Shown piece after piece: positions 26,623-41,725 of a stretch of DNA of 64,000 nt. The translations under genes and the position numbers were made by a program. The first letter of the stretch is position 1. Every line of letters starts with the position of its first letter. Origin of the DNA: Patellaria atrata CBS 101060 (Eukaryota); assembly GCA_010093705.1 (NCBI GenBank), contig MU006100.1, positions 62,001 through 126,000 of the forward strand, read 5' to 3'. The notes below the pieces were generated by a model. It saw only the letters and a list, made by a program, of their open reading frames with translations, was not told where the DNA came from and searched no databases.

Positions 26623-27181
26623 GGTGACAGAACGCGGCCGTTCAACTCGAATAGCGAGATGGAATAGCTAACGAGCGACAAGTAGCGAGGGCAGCTGTAG
26701 CTCGTGAAGCTTCAGATCCTCCTACAGATTGTCGATTGATGGTGATGAAGAAGGGATGGTTATGGGGAGTCTCTCAACAATGTGTCTCGATAATTTCTCG
26801 TTGAGGGAGCTCGGAGGTTCAAGGTCGGGCAACTTTTTCTTGGCGCTACCTTGCTCTCCGTACCCTTGCACCCTTGCGAGAACAAGCCGGCGTCAGCCCT
26901 GGTGGCCCTGGCGAATTATTCCACCTGCAGGACAGATGTGAGGTTAGAGTTCCTAGAGATATTGAACCGACAACGGAGACAAATACATACAGATTCCAAA
27001 ACTGTACTACCTTTCTTTAAACGCACATCTGTTTCGTTTCTTCAAAGCCACATAAATCACTATTGAAAGAGTAGTGTCGACAATGACTTTCCCTTAATTT
27101 TTCCCCCTTGAATACACGGAATATCAACTGTCTGGATGAACGCGTGTTTATACCCCCTCGACAGTTACCTCGAATCACAAT

Positions 27182-30100
27182 ATGGCGGACGTAGAGACTC
27201 AGGCGGAGGCCTCCCATAATGCTCGGTCAGAAGACGAACAGCGCACAAGGAACGGAAGAAAAACAGACTATTCAGAAGAGAATCAAAAGGAGGCAGAGAG
27301 TGACATCCAGGAGTATAGAGTTGACCATGATGCGGAATCATCCCCTCAAGAACCTACACCCCCAATCGCTTCACCGACTGTAACAGTGCATACTCCGACG
27401 ATACAAGAAAATGGCGTATCTCAGACACCTGATCTACCCGCTCCCTCCGTACCTTCGACCCCTCGACCGCGCAATGACTCTGTATCTACAACCACTACAG
27501 CGACTACAATTAGATCCTCCGCCCGAGGCTCTCTCGTATTTGTTATAACAGCGTTAGAGACCATCGCTGCGTCGAAAGATGCTAGGAAGAATAAAAAGCT
27601 CTCTGATTCTGTGCAGCGGGCCTTAACTGCCATCAAAGGGGATGCCGACCCAACCGCAATGAGCCCAGAAATACTCTTTGAACCATTGCAGCTAGCGTCA
27701 GAAGCTCACACAGTCCAGGTCATCACTACATCTTTGGACTGTATCGGAAAATTAATCAGTTATTCATACTTTTCTGTCCCGTCCGATTCATCTAGCGAAG
27801 GTCCCCCTCTCATCGAACGAGCTATCGATACGATATGTGATTGCTTTCAGGGCGAGGCCACTGCGGTAGAAGTACAATTACAGATAGTAAAATCTCTATT
27901 AGCCGCGATATTGAATGACAAAATCGTGGTGCATGGTGCCGGGTTGTTGAAAGCTGTGCGCCAAACATATAACATTTTCCTCTTATCGAAGTCGAGCGCG
28001 AACCAACAAGTTGCGCAAGGCGCTCTCACTCAAATGATCGGAACGGTCTTTGAAAGGGTTAAAGGTCGCCTATCGATGAAGGAGGCCCGAATGAATTTGT
28101 CAAAAATGAATCTTGGGAACCCCAGCTCGGAAGAAGAAGTCGCGGTAGCAAAGGATGAGGACGGGATAGAAACACCTGTCAACGGAGAGGTTGACGAAGA
28201 AGGTTCTGAGAACGCCCCTTCAGTACCCAGCGATGTGCCTGTAGAGAAACAGGGCGGGCAAAAAATAACACTTCAAAGCTTTGAGAATCGTAAGAGTTTC
28301 GATGATACCAGGCTCAACGATAACGCACCGACTCTAGTTACTCATGTCAACGGCCGTGCACCTCCGTCCAGGTCAGTTTCTGGTCAGGACGTTTCAATCC
28401 ATGAGGGGACTCAAAACATTCCTGATGATGAAGAAGAAGAAGACGAGATCTACATCAAAGACGCGTTTCTAGTTTTCCGAGCTATGTGTAAGCTCAGCAC
28501 AAAAACCCTTTCCATTGAACACGCCGTAGACATTAAGTCCCATGGCATGCGGTCGAAACTACTATCTCTTCATATCATTCACACCATCCTGTACAACAAT
28601 GTCGCCGTTTTCGTCTCACCTCTTGCAACTATCAAGAGCAGTAGTAATGCCGAACCAACTACTTTCGTCCAAGCCATCAAACAATTCCTGTGTCTAAGTC
28701 TGAGTAGAAACGGTGCTAGTTCAGTTACTCGCGTCTTCGAAGTGAGCTGCGAAATTTTCTATCTTATGGTAAAGCATCTCAGAGTGATGCTGAAGAAGGA
28801 GATTGAAGTCTTCTTGAAGGAGATATATTTCGCGATTCTGGATAGGAAAGCAGCACCAGCATCTCAAAAGCAATACATCCTCTCTATATTTGGTCGCTTA
28901 GCAGCTGACCCCAGAGCACTAGTTGAGATCTATCTGAATTACGACTGTGACCGGACGGCACTCGATAATATGTTTCAAAGAATCGTGGAACATCTGTCGC
29001 GCATTGCCATCACACCACTACTAACCACTGCCGTACAACAGCAACATTATCAGGACCAACACTTGAGGAATCTACACAGTAATGCGGATTGGCATACCAG
29101 AGGCACTCTTCCTCCTTCGCTATCGACAGCATCGGTGGGTACTCTTAACGATACTGATCTGGGATATCCTGTTGAGTATGGAATGAAACAAGAATCACTT
29201 GAGGGCCTTGTCGAGATTCTTAGATCGCTCGTCAATTGGTCTCAGCAAGGGATTGTAGAAAATTCGCCTAACATGAGAGATGGGGATTCCAGATATTCTG
29301 AGGATCTTCGTCAGTCTATCGAGCTACGAGAAAGTGGATTATACAACACAGGTGGCTCTGAAACTCCTACGATTGATGCCCCACAGGCAGAGGATGACCC
29401 CAATGAATTGGAAGCCGCAAAAAAGCACAAGACTGCGTTGACTAATTCAGTACGCCAGTTTAATTATAAACCGAAGCGTGGTGTCAAAACTTTGCTCAAG
29501 GAAGGATTTATCAAGTCCGATTCCCCGGAAGATATCGCTCATTTCCTGTTGAATACAGATGGCATCGACAAGGCAGCTTTGGGAGAATTCCTTGGTGAAG
29601 GTGAACCCGATAACATTGCCATTATGCATGCTTTTGTGGATGCAATGGATTTCACGCGGACTCGATTTGTTGACGCTATGCGAAGGTTTTTACAAAGTTT
29701 TAGGTTACCTGGAGAAGCACAGAAGATCGACAGGTTCATGTTGAAATTTGCAGAACGATATATCGCTGGCAATCCCAACGCTTTCGCCAACGCGGATACT
29801 GCTTACGTACTCGCCTACTCAGTGATCATGCTAAACGTAGATCAACATAGTCAGAAATTAAAAGGGGCCCGGATGACTCCAGAGGACTTCATTAAAAACA
29901 ACAGAGGAATCAATGATGGTTCCGATATCCCTGAAGAATACCTCCGAGGAGTTTTCGATGACATCGCACACAACGAGATTGTTCTTAATAGTGAACGTGA
30001 AGCGGCCGAAAGCAAGGGTATCATAGCTCAACCAACCGGCGGTATCGCTTCAGCATTCTCAAACGTAGGGCGAGATCTTCAAAGAGAAGCATATCTTCAA

Positions 30101-33100
30101 GCTTCTGAACAGATGGCGGCTAAGACCGAACAACTTTACAAGAGTTTATTCCGCGCGCAGAGGCGAGGCGCCTCAAAAATGTTACCTGCGAAATTCATTC
30201 CTGCTACCTCATTCAAACACGTAGGACCAATGTTTAATGTCGTCTGGATGTCTTTCCTTACTGCTTTATCTGCATCCGCCCAAGACACCCATAATCTGGA
30301 AACCATCAAGCTTTGTATGGAAGGTCAAAAGCTTGCAATTCGGATTGCATGTCTATTTGATCTAGAAATTCCTCGACAGTCATTCGTAGCATCCTTGGCG
30401 CGGTTCACAAACCTTTATAATCTAAGTGAAATGAAAGCGAAGAATATCGAGGCGCTCAAAATCTTGCTTGAAGTAGCCAATACCGAGGGTAATCTTCTAA
30501 AAGACTCCTGGCGAGATATCCTCACATCAGTCAGCCAACTTGATCGCTTTCAGCTGATCTCAACTGGAGTAGACGAAGGTGTTGTGCCAGATGTCCTACG
30601 ATCTCCTATGCCCCCGAAAAATCCATCACAATCCAGGAAGAATCTGCAAGTGCCAAATAGACCTCGTCCTAAGTCACAACAAAGCAGTTACTATCAAGCA
30701 GAAATTGCTGAAGAAACTCGTTCTGCAGACATGATTCGAAGTGTAGACAGGATTTTTACCAATACAGCCAACCTTTCGGGAGACGCGATAGTCTACTTTG
30801 TTAAAGCTTTAACACAAGTCAGTTGGCAAGAAATCCAATCTTCTGGACAGAGCGAATCACCACGTACATACAGCTTGCAGAAACTTGTAGAGATAAGTGG
30901 TTACAATATGACTCGTGTTCGTTTTGAGTGGACGAACATCTGGCATATACTCGGTGAGCATTTCAATCAGGTCGGGTGTCACACTAATACCAATGTCGTC
31001 TTCTTCGCCCTAAATTCTTTGCGACAACTTTCGATGAAATTCATGGAAATTGAGGAACTTCCTGGCTTCAAGTTCCAGAAAGACTTTCTCAAGCCTTTTG
31101 AACACATCATCTCGAACTCGGGTGTTGTGGCTGTAAAAGATATGGTTCTAAGATGTCTTATTCAGATGATACAAGCAAGAGGGGAGAATATCAGATCGGG
31201 CTGGCGTACAATGTTTGGCGTATTCACAGTAGCCGCCAGGGAACCTTACGGTACGTACATAATCCATTTTAAATGTGGCCTAGAATACTAACAAATAACA
31301 GAGGGTATCGTCAATCTTGCCTTTGATAATATCACCCAGGTCTACAATACCCGATTCGGTGTCGTTATATCGCAAGGTGCTTTCGCAGATCTTATTGTCT
31401 GTTTTACCGAGTTTTCGAAAAATATGAAATTCCAGAAGAAGTCGCTGCAAGCTATTGAAGCTCTCAAATCGTCAGTAATGAAGATGCTAAGAACTCCGGA
31501 ATGCCCTTTATCTGCGCGCGTTAGTGGAGAGAAAGAGGCTCCATCTGCAGGATCGCTCCCCAAACAGCCCAGTCGACAAACGCAGGAAGAACAGTTTTGG
31601 TTCCCAGTACTTTTTGCCTTTCACGATGTCCTTATGACTGGGGAGGATTTAGAAGTACGGTCAAGGTGAGCTGAACTGTGACATCAACATTTACTTTCAG
31701 GCGCTAATTTCCAGCAGAGCCCTAAACTATCTCTTCGAAACACTCATCAAGTACGGTGGCGATTTCCCCCAAGACTTCTGGGACACATTATGGCGACAAC
31801 TCCTTTTCCCTATCTTTATGGTTCTGAAATCCAAGTCCGAGATGGTAAAAGTTTTGAATCACGAAGAGCTTTCTGTATGGCTCTCCACCACCATGATCCA
31901 AGCATTACGCAACATGATCACTCTGTTCACACACTTTTTCGAGTCCTTGCAATACATGCTCGACAGGTTCTTAGACTTGTTGGCCCTCTGCATCTGCCAG
32001 GAGAACGACACACTCGCCAGAATCGGAAGCAACTGTCTCCAACAACTGATCCTAGGAAACGTCAAAAAATTCGAACCAGAACACTGGAATAAAATTGTTG
32101 GGGCCTTCGTCGACCTCTTCCGCCGCACCGAAGCCTCGGCCCTCTTCTCCGCTGCAACCTCCGGATCTACCCCTACTCCCAATCCCTCAAACAGCATCTC
32201 CCACACTCCAACTCCGTCTGTAGACTCTCAAAACATTAACGACCTTCCTTTGAGCCAAACACCAACAGAAGAAACCCATGATAACACCGAGAACGCGTTA
32301 GGCATCAACGGCTTGTCAGCGAGCCAGAGATCTTCAGCCGTCCATATCGAAGACGTTCCAGGCCACCCTTCCAAAACTCCCGACCCGGACCAAGACCTCG
32401 AAAACTTCAACAACGGTCCTGACGAGCTACACCAACCCCCAGTCGTCGTGACCGCAGCCCGCCGCCGCTTCTTCAACCAAATCATCACCAAATGCGTACT
32501 CCAGCTCCTCATGATCGAAACGGTTAACGAGCTTTTCAGCAATGACGCAGTGTACGCGCAAATTCCGTCAAATGAGTTGTTGAGGCTCATGGCCCTGTTG
32601 AAGAAGAGCTATCACTTCGCCAAACGGTTCAACGGGGATAGAGAACTCAGGGCGCGGCTGTTCAGAGAAGGATTCATGAGACAACCGCCGAACCTATTGA
32701 AGCAAGAAAGTGGAAGTGCAGCAGTATACGTGTCCATCCTGTTCAGGATGTACCACGACCCGTCATCCGAGCGTATCGCCTCCCGCTCCGCCACAGAAGC
32801 CGCACTCATCCCCCTCTGTGTCGACATCATATCCTCCTACATCGAACTTGATGAGGAAACACAGCAGAGGAATATCGTCACGTGGCGCCCTGTCGTGGTC
32901 GATGTCTTGGACGGCTATATCGGCTTCCCTGAAGCTGAGTTCGAGAAACATGTCCAGACTTTTGCGCCGCTCGTCGTGGGATTGCTGGGGAGGGATATGG
33001 GCATGGAGCTTCAGCGCGCCGTGCAGTTCCTCACCCAACGCATCTTTGAAGTTAAGTTGGGCGTTCAGCCGCGCGAGGGCGTGGGACAGACGCCTACGAG

Positions 33101-33149
33101 TCCGCGGAGCAGTTACTTGGGGAGCAGAAGGGGGAGTAGAGCTAGATGA
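27182..33149 (+). CDS. SEC7: Large Arf guanine-nucleotide exchange factor Sec7/BIG (introns ~31251-31302, ~31666-31717)
   Basis: DCB domain, YLNYDCD HUS box, Sec7 motif FRLPGEAQKIDRFM and HDS domains (NIRSGW, QPPNLLKQE). Confidence 0.96.
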
Positions 33150-33546
33150 TGTGTTATCGTATGGTAGAGGTCGAGGGCAGTGAATGGAATCGAGAGAGGG
33201 TTAAAGGGAGGTTTAGAGAAGTCATGTGCGATTATAGTGTACCCTATCGAACAGGATCTAAGGCCTTTTTGCCGGTATGGGGATATCAGGATATCATATC
33301 ATATCGACAGCGACAGATAGGCAAAATACACAAATTCTCATCATATACAAACTTTTTCTATCCCGATTAACATGGCTCGTTGAATATATATAGCCATTAC
33401 CCCTATTAAAGCTGCAAATCTATACATGACTGAAATTATCCCTAGCTTAAATACCCCCAGTGTCATTGACGGGTATCCAAAGAGCGCACAACGCCAACAA
33501 ATGCTGACCTCTCCTTTTGAATTTCCACTATATAACTCCCGCCGCC

Positions 33547-36500
33547 TTACAACTGAATCAAATCGACCTCTGAGAAATCCGGCGGCGGCCGCCTATAATG
33601 CACCCTCCCCTTATGATCTAGCCCCGTGTACTCATTACTAACCCAAATATCCTTCCCATAGCCATCCCTAGATCTCCTAATCTCGTCCTCACTGATTCCT
33701 AACGGGTCACGCGGGATCCACACCACCGGTCTCTTCGCCCTCAATGCCTGATGCAAAAACGCGCGCTGGACCAACTTGTCGCGCTCGTCGGGGGTCAAAT
33801 CCTCGATCTCGTCGTGGAAGCCCGAGAACAGCATGTCGCCGACGGGATTCTGGCTCTCGAGGTCCGTCTTCTTGTCCGAGCGGGTGCGCGAACGACGCGG
33901 AGTAGGCGGGTGCTGGATGTCGGATGCGCTCTGCGGGCCGGTGAGGTCTTTGGGACGGCTGTCGCCGGTGCGGTCGGCCCAGGACTTGCGGCGGGAGCGG
34001 CCGGGGATGATGCTCCCGAAGCTGGACGGAACGTGGAGGACATTGGTGGTGCCCCGTTTTCTGTTGCGGTTGCGTTCTTCGATCTCTTTTAATTCTATTT
34101 CTTCTGCCTGCTCGTCTTCTTCGCGTTCGCGGCGCTCACGCTCTTCGAGGATGTCTTGGAGGTCTTCGCCTTCTCGTTCGCCTTCAACGAGGTTCCAGCG
34201 TTTGCCTTGCGCTCGGGCGAACTCCTCGTCGCGACGGACGGCGTCATCTTCCATGGTAATAGGGATGTAGCGGAAGAGAGGGGAGAAAGCACTGCGGAGC
34301 AGGAGCTGGTAGATGAAGGTTAAAAGCATGATAACAAGCATGATAATAGCCTGGGGATAGCACAAGGGATCGTTGTGTTCATCTACGAAAAGTATGAATA
34401 GACCAATCAAGCAAAGTTCCATGACATAGAGTCCGGTGAACAACTGCATGACAGCGCGGGGGAAGAGGAGACCACCCGTGTCGTGCTTGAAACGATTGAC
34501 GTAAAGAGTTTGGTATCGGTATACGATCCAGAAAAGGCTGAAGGTAACGATATTGAATACCAGAATTAGCGGCGATATAACGGAGTAGATGATTCCTATA
34601 ACTAGTTAGTTTGTGGCGCATGTAGCAGAGTAGAGCAGGAGGATATATACGTACCAATGCAAGCGAGATTAGTATACACAGGAAAGAAGGTTCCCCATTT
34701 GATAGACGGAAGCTCGATCTGCCTACTCCATTTTTCTCGCGCCGTTGAATCAAAGATTGTAGCAATTATGAACCATGAGATGAGACCGCCAATCTGCATT
34801 AGAGCACCAGCGCTGACAGTCAGAGCTTGGATGATCATATATGAAAAGAAGTAATTAGACGCCTTGGGAAGATTCTTGCCCAAAATAGTCGCCACTGTGG
34901 CTGGGTTATCAGCAATCTCACCGAAGACGGCTGAAGCACCAGCGGCGATGGAGACGACCAGGAAGACCTGCACGAAAAGAAAGCCAAAATAGTACATTTG
35001 AGTATCGAGCTCCACGTCATTTCCAGTCGGAGCGCCCCGAAAATTCGCAAGTGCACGTAAGACGATGGGAAGAACTGCGAGCAGGATGGCGAGGAAAAGT
35101 GGAGGAAGAACACCTTGGACAATTGAAAGAACGGATTTAGGAAGGTCTTCTAGCCATGCAAGCCAATGGAATTCCTCGGTGAGATATGACACCTGGGATA
35201 GAGTACTAGTGAATGTAACTGGAAACGCCCAGAAGATGACAAGGCCTGCAATTGTTACAGTTACAATAGCACTCCGTCCGTATCGTGCCCACCAGGAAAT
35301 TGACAAGTTATCCCAAATGACATCATCTGGAGAGATCTCTACGATTCGGGGTGCCATCTGCTGTGGGATGTGATGGCTGAGGGATTGGCAAGCCATATGG
35401 GCTGCAACCTGGTGATTAAACTGGATAAATGCCGAATTCATGAGAGGGTACTCTTTGTTTTTCTGATCATCTTCAATCTCAGCGTTCAAGCGGGCAACCT
35501 CTCTTCGACACCAGTAAATGGTATCCACCTTCTTACCGATGATGAAAAGAGGAATCTTGATGTCGGTGAAGGGGACCTTAATTGGAAGTCGCATGGTTTC
35601 CCGATCTTTGCGCTCGATATAATCTCTCCACTTCGCTCCTTCATCGTGAGCAAAGAGCATTTCTTCGTCATAAGGCTCCGTAAAGATTGACTTTTCCTGA
35701 GTGGTTTTCTCGTGGATAGTGGAAGCTCGATTGCCGCTTGGACTCACAGGGGTTAAGTCTGTAAGTGGAAATTCGTCATCCTCCCGTTGATGCGGTTGTG
35801 GGCTTGGAAAGCTTTGCTGGCCACGTTGCCATGGTTTCCACAACGGAGGCTTTGGAGGTTTAAGCCCGGTTGCATTTGGCTTAGCTGCTGGAAGAGAATG
35901 GGGAGCAACTCCCGTGCGGGTTCTATTCGCAGCGGCGAGTCTATTTATGCGGGATTCACTGGCTCCTGCGCCTTTATGGAGTTGGTCCCTTTCATGGCCG
36001 GGATGCTGTGTAGCCCCTGCGACCTCTTCTCGGTGAGATGAGACATCCCCTTTTTCTTCTCTTGATTCATGTGCTCGTGAGGGTGTACCGTCAGTACGGT
36101 ATGTTGACTGATCATCGAGAGTATCAAACCCTGTGCCTCGGTTTAAGTCATCTAGCCGCTGATCAACATCTTTCCGGACTTTGTCTATGCCTCCAACGAC
36201 GCCTCCTATTCCACCAGCAACAGTATGGCCGAGCTTGTTAAATTCATGGCCTACTTTTCCCAAACCCCTGCCTAAACCGGGTATCGGTAACTTCAGTCCG
36301 CGTCGTTCTGGGCTTGGAGAAGAGCTTCTTGAAGAGTGTTTGGATTCCCCATCAATAGCATCTTGGATGTTGTGGGCGATCTGATGTGGATTGCCGGAAC
36401 TCATGCCAGGATTCTCTGCAAGCTCCTCCGCAAGTTTGTCCTGCCGCTCGTTCTCGTGTTTACGTTCAACCCTACTCATCCTCTTGCCCTTTTTCTTATC

Positions 36501-37376
36501 CAGCTTTTGTTGCTCTTTCGTGTGCTTCTTATACGCTTTCCTAATCAGAGCCGTTTCCGCAGCCTCCAATTTTCTCGCCAACTTATCACGCTCCTCTACT
36601 TTTCCTTGGAGCTCATCGTAGTTCCTATTTATCCAGATATTTCTAATTCCTCCAGGAAACACGTCGTAGAGTCCATCCAGCGCCTCGACTGTTAGCCACT
36701 TCCGAGGGATAGCTTGCACAAGCACAGTAGTTGCTGACGCACGAAGACGATGTTGTGGTGATGTCAAATATGCCTGTCGTATACGGACATATTTCCTCAA
36801 TTCATCAAAAAAGATATATGCAACCCACAATAAAACTACGATAGCAAGAGCGAGATGTGCCCATGTTCGCTTGTACTGCTCGGGTCCAAGGTGCTGCCAG
36901 CCGAATATATCCATCCCATCCGCGTTTGACGAGGTTCCATATCGATTGAGGGGTAGGAGAATCGGGAGAATAATGCAAGCTAAGGGGAGGAATATCTTAA
37001 TGAGCATACGCAGAAAACGGAGGAAGAGGTAAGCGTCGAGGCCGCATTTATCTATGAACTCCGAATTTGAGGTTTTGAAAACGGGTATGACCCAATTAAA
37101 AAGCCCTGGTGGTGGGGGTGGTGTTCTCTCCTTCTCTGGAACCAGATATGTTCTTGGGGCACTACAATGGCGGTCAGATATAGCTGTCAGATAAACCAGG
37201 TGGAGACCAGAAACTTACTATATTCGCGTGAATTTTGCTCTCAAGAAATAGAAAGCAAGGAACTGTACACCGAAAGCGGTAGCACCACCTGCCAGAGCGG
37301 CAAGAAAACTGGTGAACGATAGACCTTCTGATTGCTGAGCTCTGCCCGGAGTTGGGTCTGTTGCGCCATCGGACAT
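33547..37376 (-). CDS. CSC1/OSCA1/TMEM63 (DUF221) mechanosensitive Ca2+-permeable channel family protein
   Basis: N-terminal TM (MSDGATD...FLRAKFTRIY), GLDAYLFLRFLRM, SAFIQFNHQVAAHMACQ, DDVIWDNL, LPKASNYFFSY and LFTGLYVMELCLIGLF. Introns ~37164-37218 and ~34597-34654. Confidence 0.9.
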
Positions 37377-38080
37377 GTTGGCAAGTAGGAGATCTTTCTG
37401 TAGGAGTCAAGTTGTATGGAACCGGATAGCACGTTGCTGAGAGGATATTCGAGTTAAAGGAAAGGGAGGAACATCTGAGGGTTTCGCGGGCACTAAGGTT
37501 AAACTTTACAGGTGCGCGTAGGGGTATGGCATAGGAGAGATCAGTGAGACAGACAACAATGGACAATGTAGTTGTGGCGGACAAAGTACTCCGTAGGTTG
37601 TAGGTGAAGTTAAGAATAGGACAAAGGAAAGACAAAGAATGAATAAAAAAAGGTGGACGTAGAATTTCTTGTCCTTTGGTGTTTCAAGGTTTCGCGCAAT
37701 GTCGAGTGATGTAGCCAATTAACGTCCCGCGGTTGCCCCTGTCATAAATAGCAGCCTCTGACGCAAGATCCCCGCGCTTAGAGGTGCCTTTCGGGCCCTT
37801 GCGCCGACTAACCCCACCCGCAATCTGTAACGTCGCTAAGTCATCCAGTAACCGTCTTGTAATCTTCAACACTTATCTGAAGACCCTCTTCCTCCAAGAT
37901 TCATTCCTTGTTCTCTACCGATTTATGCGAAAGACTTTCTCTCCTAATAGCGAGCCGAAATCCCGCGCTGTCCACGTACCCAGTTACTGTATCATTCCAA
38001 GTACAAGTGCCTTACAAGTACAGTACAGTACAATTTTGTCAAGAGGCAAATGAGAGGCAAACCCTGACGTGCTCATCAGG

Positions 38081-38943
38081 ATGAATGATCTCAACATGGA
38101 CCAAGGAGTGTTCAAAGGCAAATATGTGCTGGTAACAGGTGCAGCAAGCGGTATCGGGTTCGTCATCACCAGCTTCAAAATTCACTCGAACCGCCAGCTT
38201 ACGGGATGTACGAGCCATCAAGGCAGGCTACTGCCATCAAACTCGCGAGTGCTGGAGCACATATCCTGATATGTGATGTCAACCGAGGAGGCCTTTACGA
38301 AACAGTCAAACGCTGTTATCGCAACAAAGAAGAAGACGACGACGATGATGACGATCAGGAGATCGTTGAGACTTATTTGGACGTGAGTTTTACTGAGGAT
38401 GTAGTAGAGACGGTGAAGTCTCTCATGTCGAAGGCTCAACGTCGCATCGACTTCGTTGTTAACTGCGCGGGCATAAATCCCACCTCTTACGATCTCGTAG
38501 ACACCACCGAGGAGTACTGGGACAAGCTCATGAACACCAACCTCAAAGGCATCTACAACGTAACAAAAGCCTGTATCCCACATATGCCCCCAGGAGGCGC
38601 TTTTGTCAATGTCAGCAGTATAGCTGGATTGCACCCATCCGCAAGGCAAGCCATTTACTGCGCAACCAAGTACGGTGTGATCGGCTTCAGTAAAGCTATG
38701 GCTCTGGAACTGGGACCTAAGGGAATCAGGACTAATGTAGTCGCGCCGGGCTATATCAATACTCCAACGAATGCGGGTGTCGTAAAGGGCGGCGATTTCA
38801 TCAAGAGGATGGAGAATGGTACTGCTTTAGGGAGAATGGGCACTCCTGAGGAGGTGGCCGATGTAATCGCTTTTTTGCTTAGGGAAGAAAGTAAGTATAT
38901 GAACGGGAGTGTGTTGGAGATTGACGGTGGTCTGAAGACGTAA
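38081..38943 (+). CDS. Classical short-chain dehydrogenase/reductase (intron 38158-38222)
   Basis: TGAASGIG, NCAG, NVSS and YCATK motifs. Confidence 0.9.
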
Positions 38944-40000
38944 AATTTTCCACTCTTTTGCAACATACTTCGTATTTGAAATAGCCGTAGGTACAGAACA
39001 ATTGTCATATCGATGTTAATTTTCACTCACTGTATTATCCCCTTTTACTACACTTTCCCGCCACTACAGTTTAATATTTGTTTCTTTTCATATACTTTTA
39101 CCCATGGCTCATGGTTTGCAACTCTATATGATCGTAGTTTTATTTTTCTCGTTAATACTCGTACAGCAATCTAGGTATGACGCGCAGGACGAAGACTCGG
39201 CTTCTAAGTCTCATCACTACCCCATTTTTCCAACAATTATAATGAAATACTTGATAACGCTAGATGTACGACCCTTAGATAGAAGTGGAGTATAGGTCAT
39301 GCTGCCCTTTCCGATTGAGCTGTGTTCCCTTCTCTCATCGATCTATTCTACTCCGTGCAAATACACGGTCATTAGAACTAACCCGCTCAGACAACACTTC
39401 CGAGCTCTGATTTATGTAACCTATAACTGCTCTGTCATTCCTGGTGCTTCTTCATCATCGTCTCATTCTCATGAAGCTTCCCGTGTCGGTATCGACTATT
39501 CGGATGTCTATCTCTACGGTGCCTTCTATATTCGGAAACCGGGTATTTGCACCTCCAACGCTCCTGACTCCTTGAAGCGACTTACTTATTCAGTGGAGAT
39601 ATATTAATAAGCAACACTTAAAACCCGCTCACCAACGGACATCATAGATCCAACTAGCTAGACGACATATTGGCTTTATAGAGCGGAAGGCGAAAATGCA
39701 TAGTTTTTAGCGAGTCAATCTAAACCAGTGGACGAAAAATTCTTGCATCCAAGCTGCATAAAGTCAAGATATGCGTACGCTTTTTATTTCGCTCACAGAC
39801 TAAGGTAATATGATTGATCTCATGGTTCTCACAGCGAATGTAAACAGCATTCAAAATCCATCAGGCCTCTACCGCAGCAGCTCATCTCAGGAACCATAAT
39901 GACAGACTTTCCTGCTACTACCCCCAAGCTTCTCACGCAACCTTCCATGACCTGGTGTTTACTTCAGCAATACGCCATGGAGTATGCGGATTTCACCACT

Positions 40001-40323
40001 CTAACACTGAACCGACACAGAACCGTAGAGTATGGAATTACAGTTTGAATCCATAACCCTAGCGTTGGAACCACGGCAGTTGTTTCCACTCCACATCAAC
40101 GTAGTGCAACCGCTATAGAGCTGGTGAGCACGATACACGCCCCTCCATTCGCGGTCCATTGATCACTCACCTGCCCGATACTTGGAGTGAACGTACGTTT
40201 TGGAACGACACGCACCGGTAGCCGACCCCGGTCACGATGAACTGTCCGCTGGAGCAGCGGTAGTGGTGGCTAGCAGAGCGCTAAGAGTGAAGAGGGTGGT
40301 GATGTGGTGAAGAAAATGAATAT
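40001..40323 (-). pseudogene. Relic of a small secreted cysteine-rich protein gene
   Basis: Signal-peptide-like HITTLFTLSALLATTTAAPA with no ATG, followed by a stop/frameshift. C-terminal GCTTLMWSGNNCRGSNARVMDSNCNSILYGSVSVQC*. TATA-like TATAAA ~110 bp upstream. Confidence 0.5.
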
Positions 40324-41725
40324 TGAAGAAGAGTCCAGCTAACTCTATTATCTGGCTAACTTGTTGGAGATTGCAAAAGCTTTGGAGGATCTGAGGACTG
40401 AGGCAGACTCAGAACGTCGTCGAACGGCCTTTATATTTCCGTCTCTACGGTCAGCCGGATGCTCTCTAACTCGAACTCGAACAACCCTCACGCATCGTTC
40501 TGATAACTGATCTTCCGATTGTTGATATTAAGGTTCTACGACCGCTCTCGTCCACCTCTCTTTCATTTGGATTCCATCTCTCACTCTAATTAACGGTTCA
40601 GTACGACCATTACCATCGAATTGTATCCCGCAACCACCCTCATCCTAGCTGCTTCCAACTACGTCCTACGAAATATTTCAAATTGCACGCGCATCAGTCG
40701 TTTACCCCGCCTCTGCAAATCTTCGCAGACTTGCTCATAGTAATAATTGTACGACTCCCTTACGTACAACTAGACTGTCATTGTTTACCATCTCAACGGA
40801 CCCGATATTTGGCGCCTGTATTCTATGCAGTCAGCACGGTAAATATTCGGCTGTACTTCACAGACATGCACGCGCGCTTTCCCGTTTCCGCGAAGCTCAT
40901 AACTGGCACTTATATATTTTCTCTACCATGCCACTGCCCTCTCTGCTTCCTTACTGAGTATATTACATACACTGCTCTGATTCACTTCTCTTGGTTCCTG
41001 GCCGCTCGGTCGTTCAACCATCGCGCTTAGACTGGACTAATTTGGCTGATTCTGTAGCACCGCATACTCCAGTTCTACTGGGCTTTGCTGTGGCAGTACC
41101 TCCCTTACCCCTTCCGACACTCTGGTTCCATATTATTGTGCTGTTCTACTGGACTTTACTACTGGACGCGGTCATCCCGTCCGTTGTGCCATATACTTAT
41201 ATCATGGTCTTGCGGTAGTCGTAGCATGTTATCCCAGTGCCCTTTTACAGTCTCTCCCGTTGGTGTTCTTCTTTGCCCTATGTCCTATACCCTACGCCAT
41301 ATCGATGCTACTACATATGTCTGTCACTCAACCTGTTGTATCAACTCTCACCCACTGTACTACTGTACACACAACTCGAACTACTCTCCTGATAACCTTA
41401 CACTTAGTCCGGCCCGCGCTCAAAACTCCGATTGGTATCTACGACATAACTGTAGAAACTAGACAGTACCGTACGTCAGAGGCTTATGGTACTTCGGATT
41501 GACAATACATTTTCAGACAACCGGGATGCTTCAGTTTTTCTCTCTACTACATTAGTACTTGCGGCCCTTAGCTACCCAACCTATCATACTTATGTCAAGA
41601 TTTATTACCTATCCCCATTCGAATGAAAACTTGAATATCCAACACACTGCGTACTGATTTCTAGTAGCACATTTTCTCACCCCTGTATCACACTTGTAAG
41701 GCCAAGTGGTATTCTCCGAAAGACC

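Noticed and set aside
40600..41520. Several short hydrophobic ORFs
   Set aside because: No consistent frame, splice pattern or family motif that I could support.
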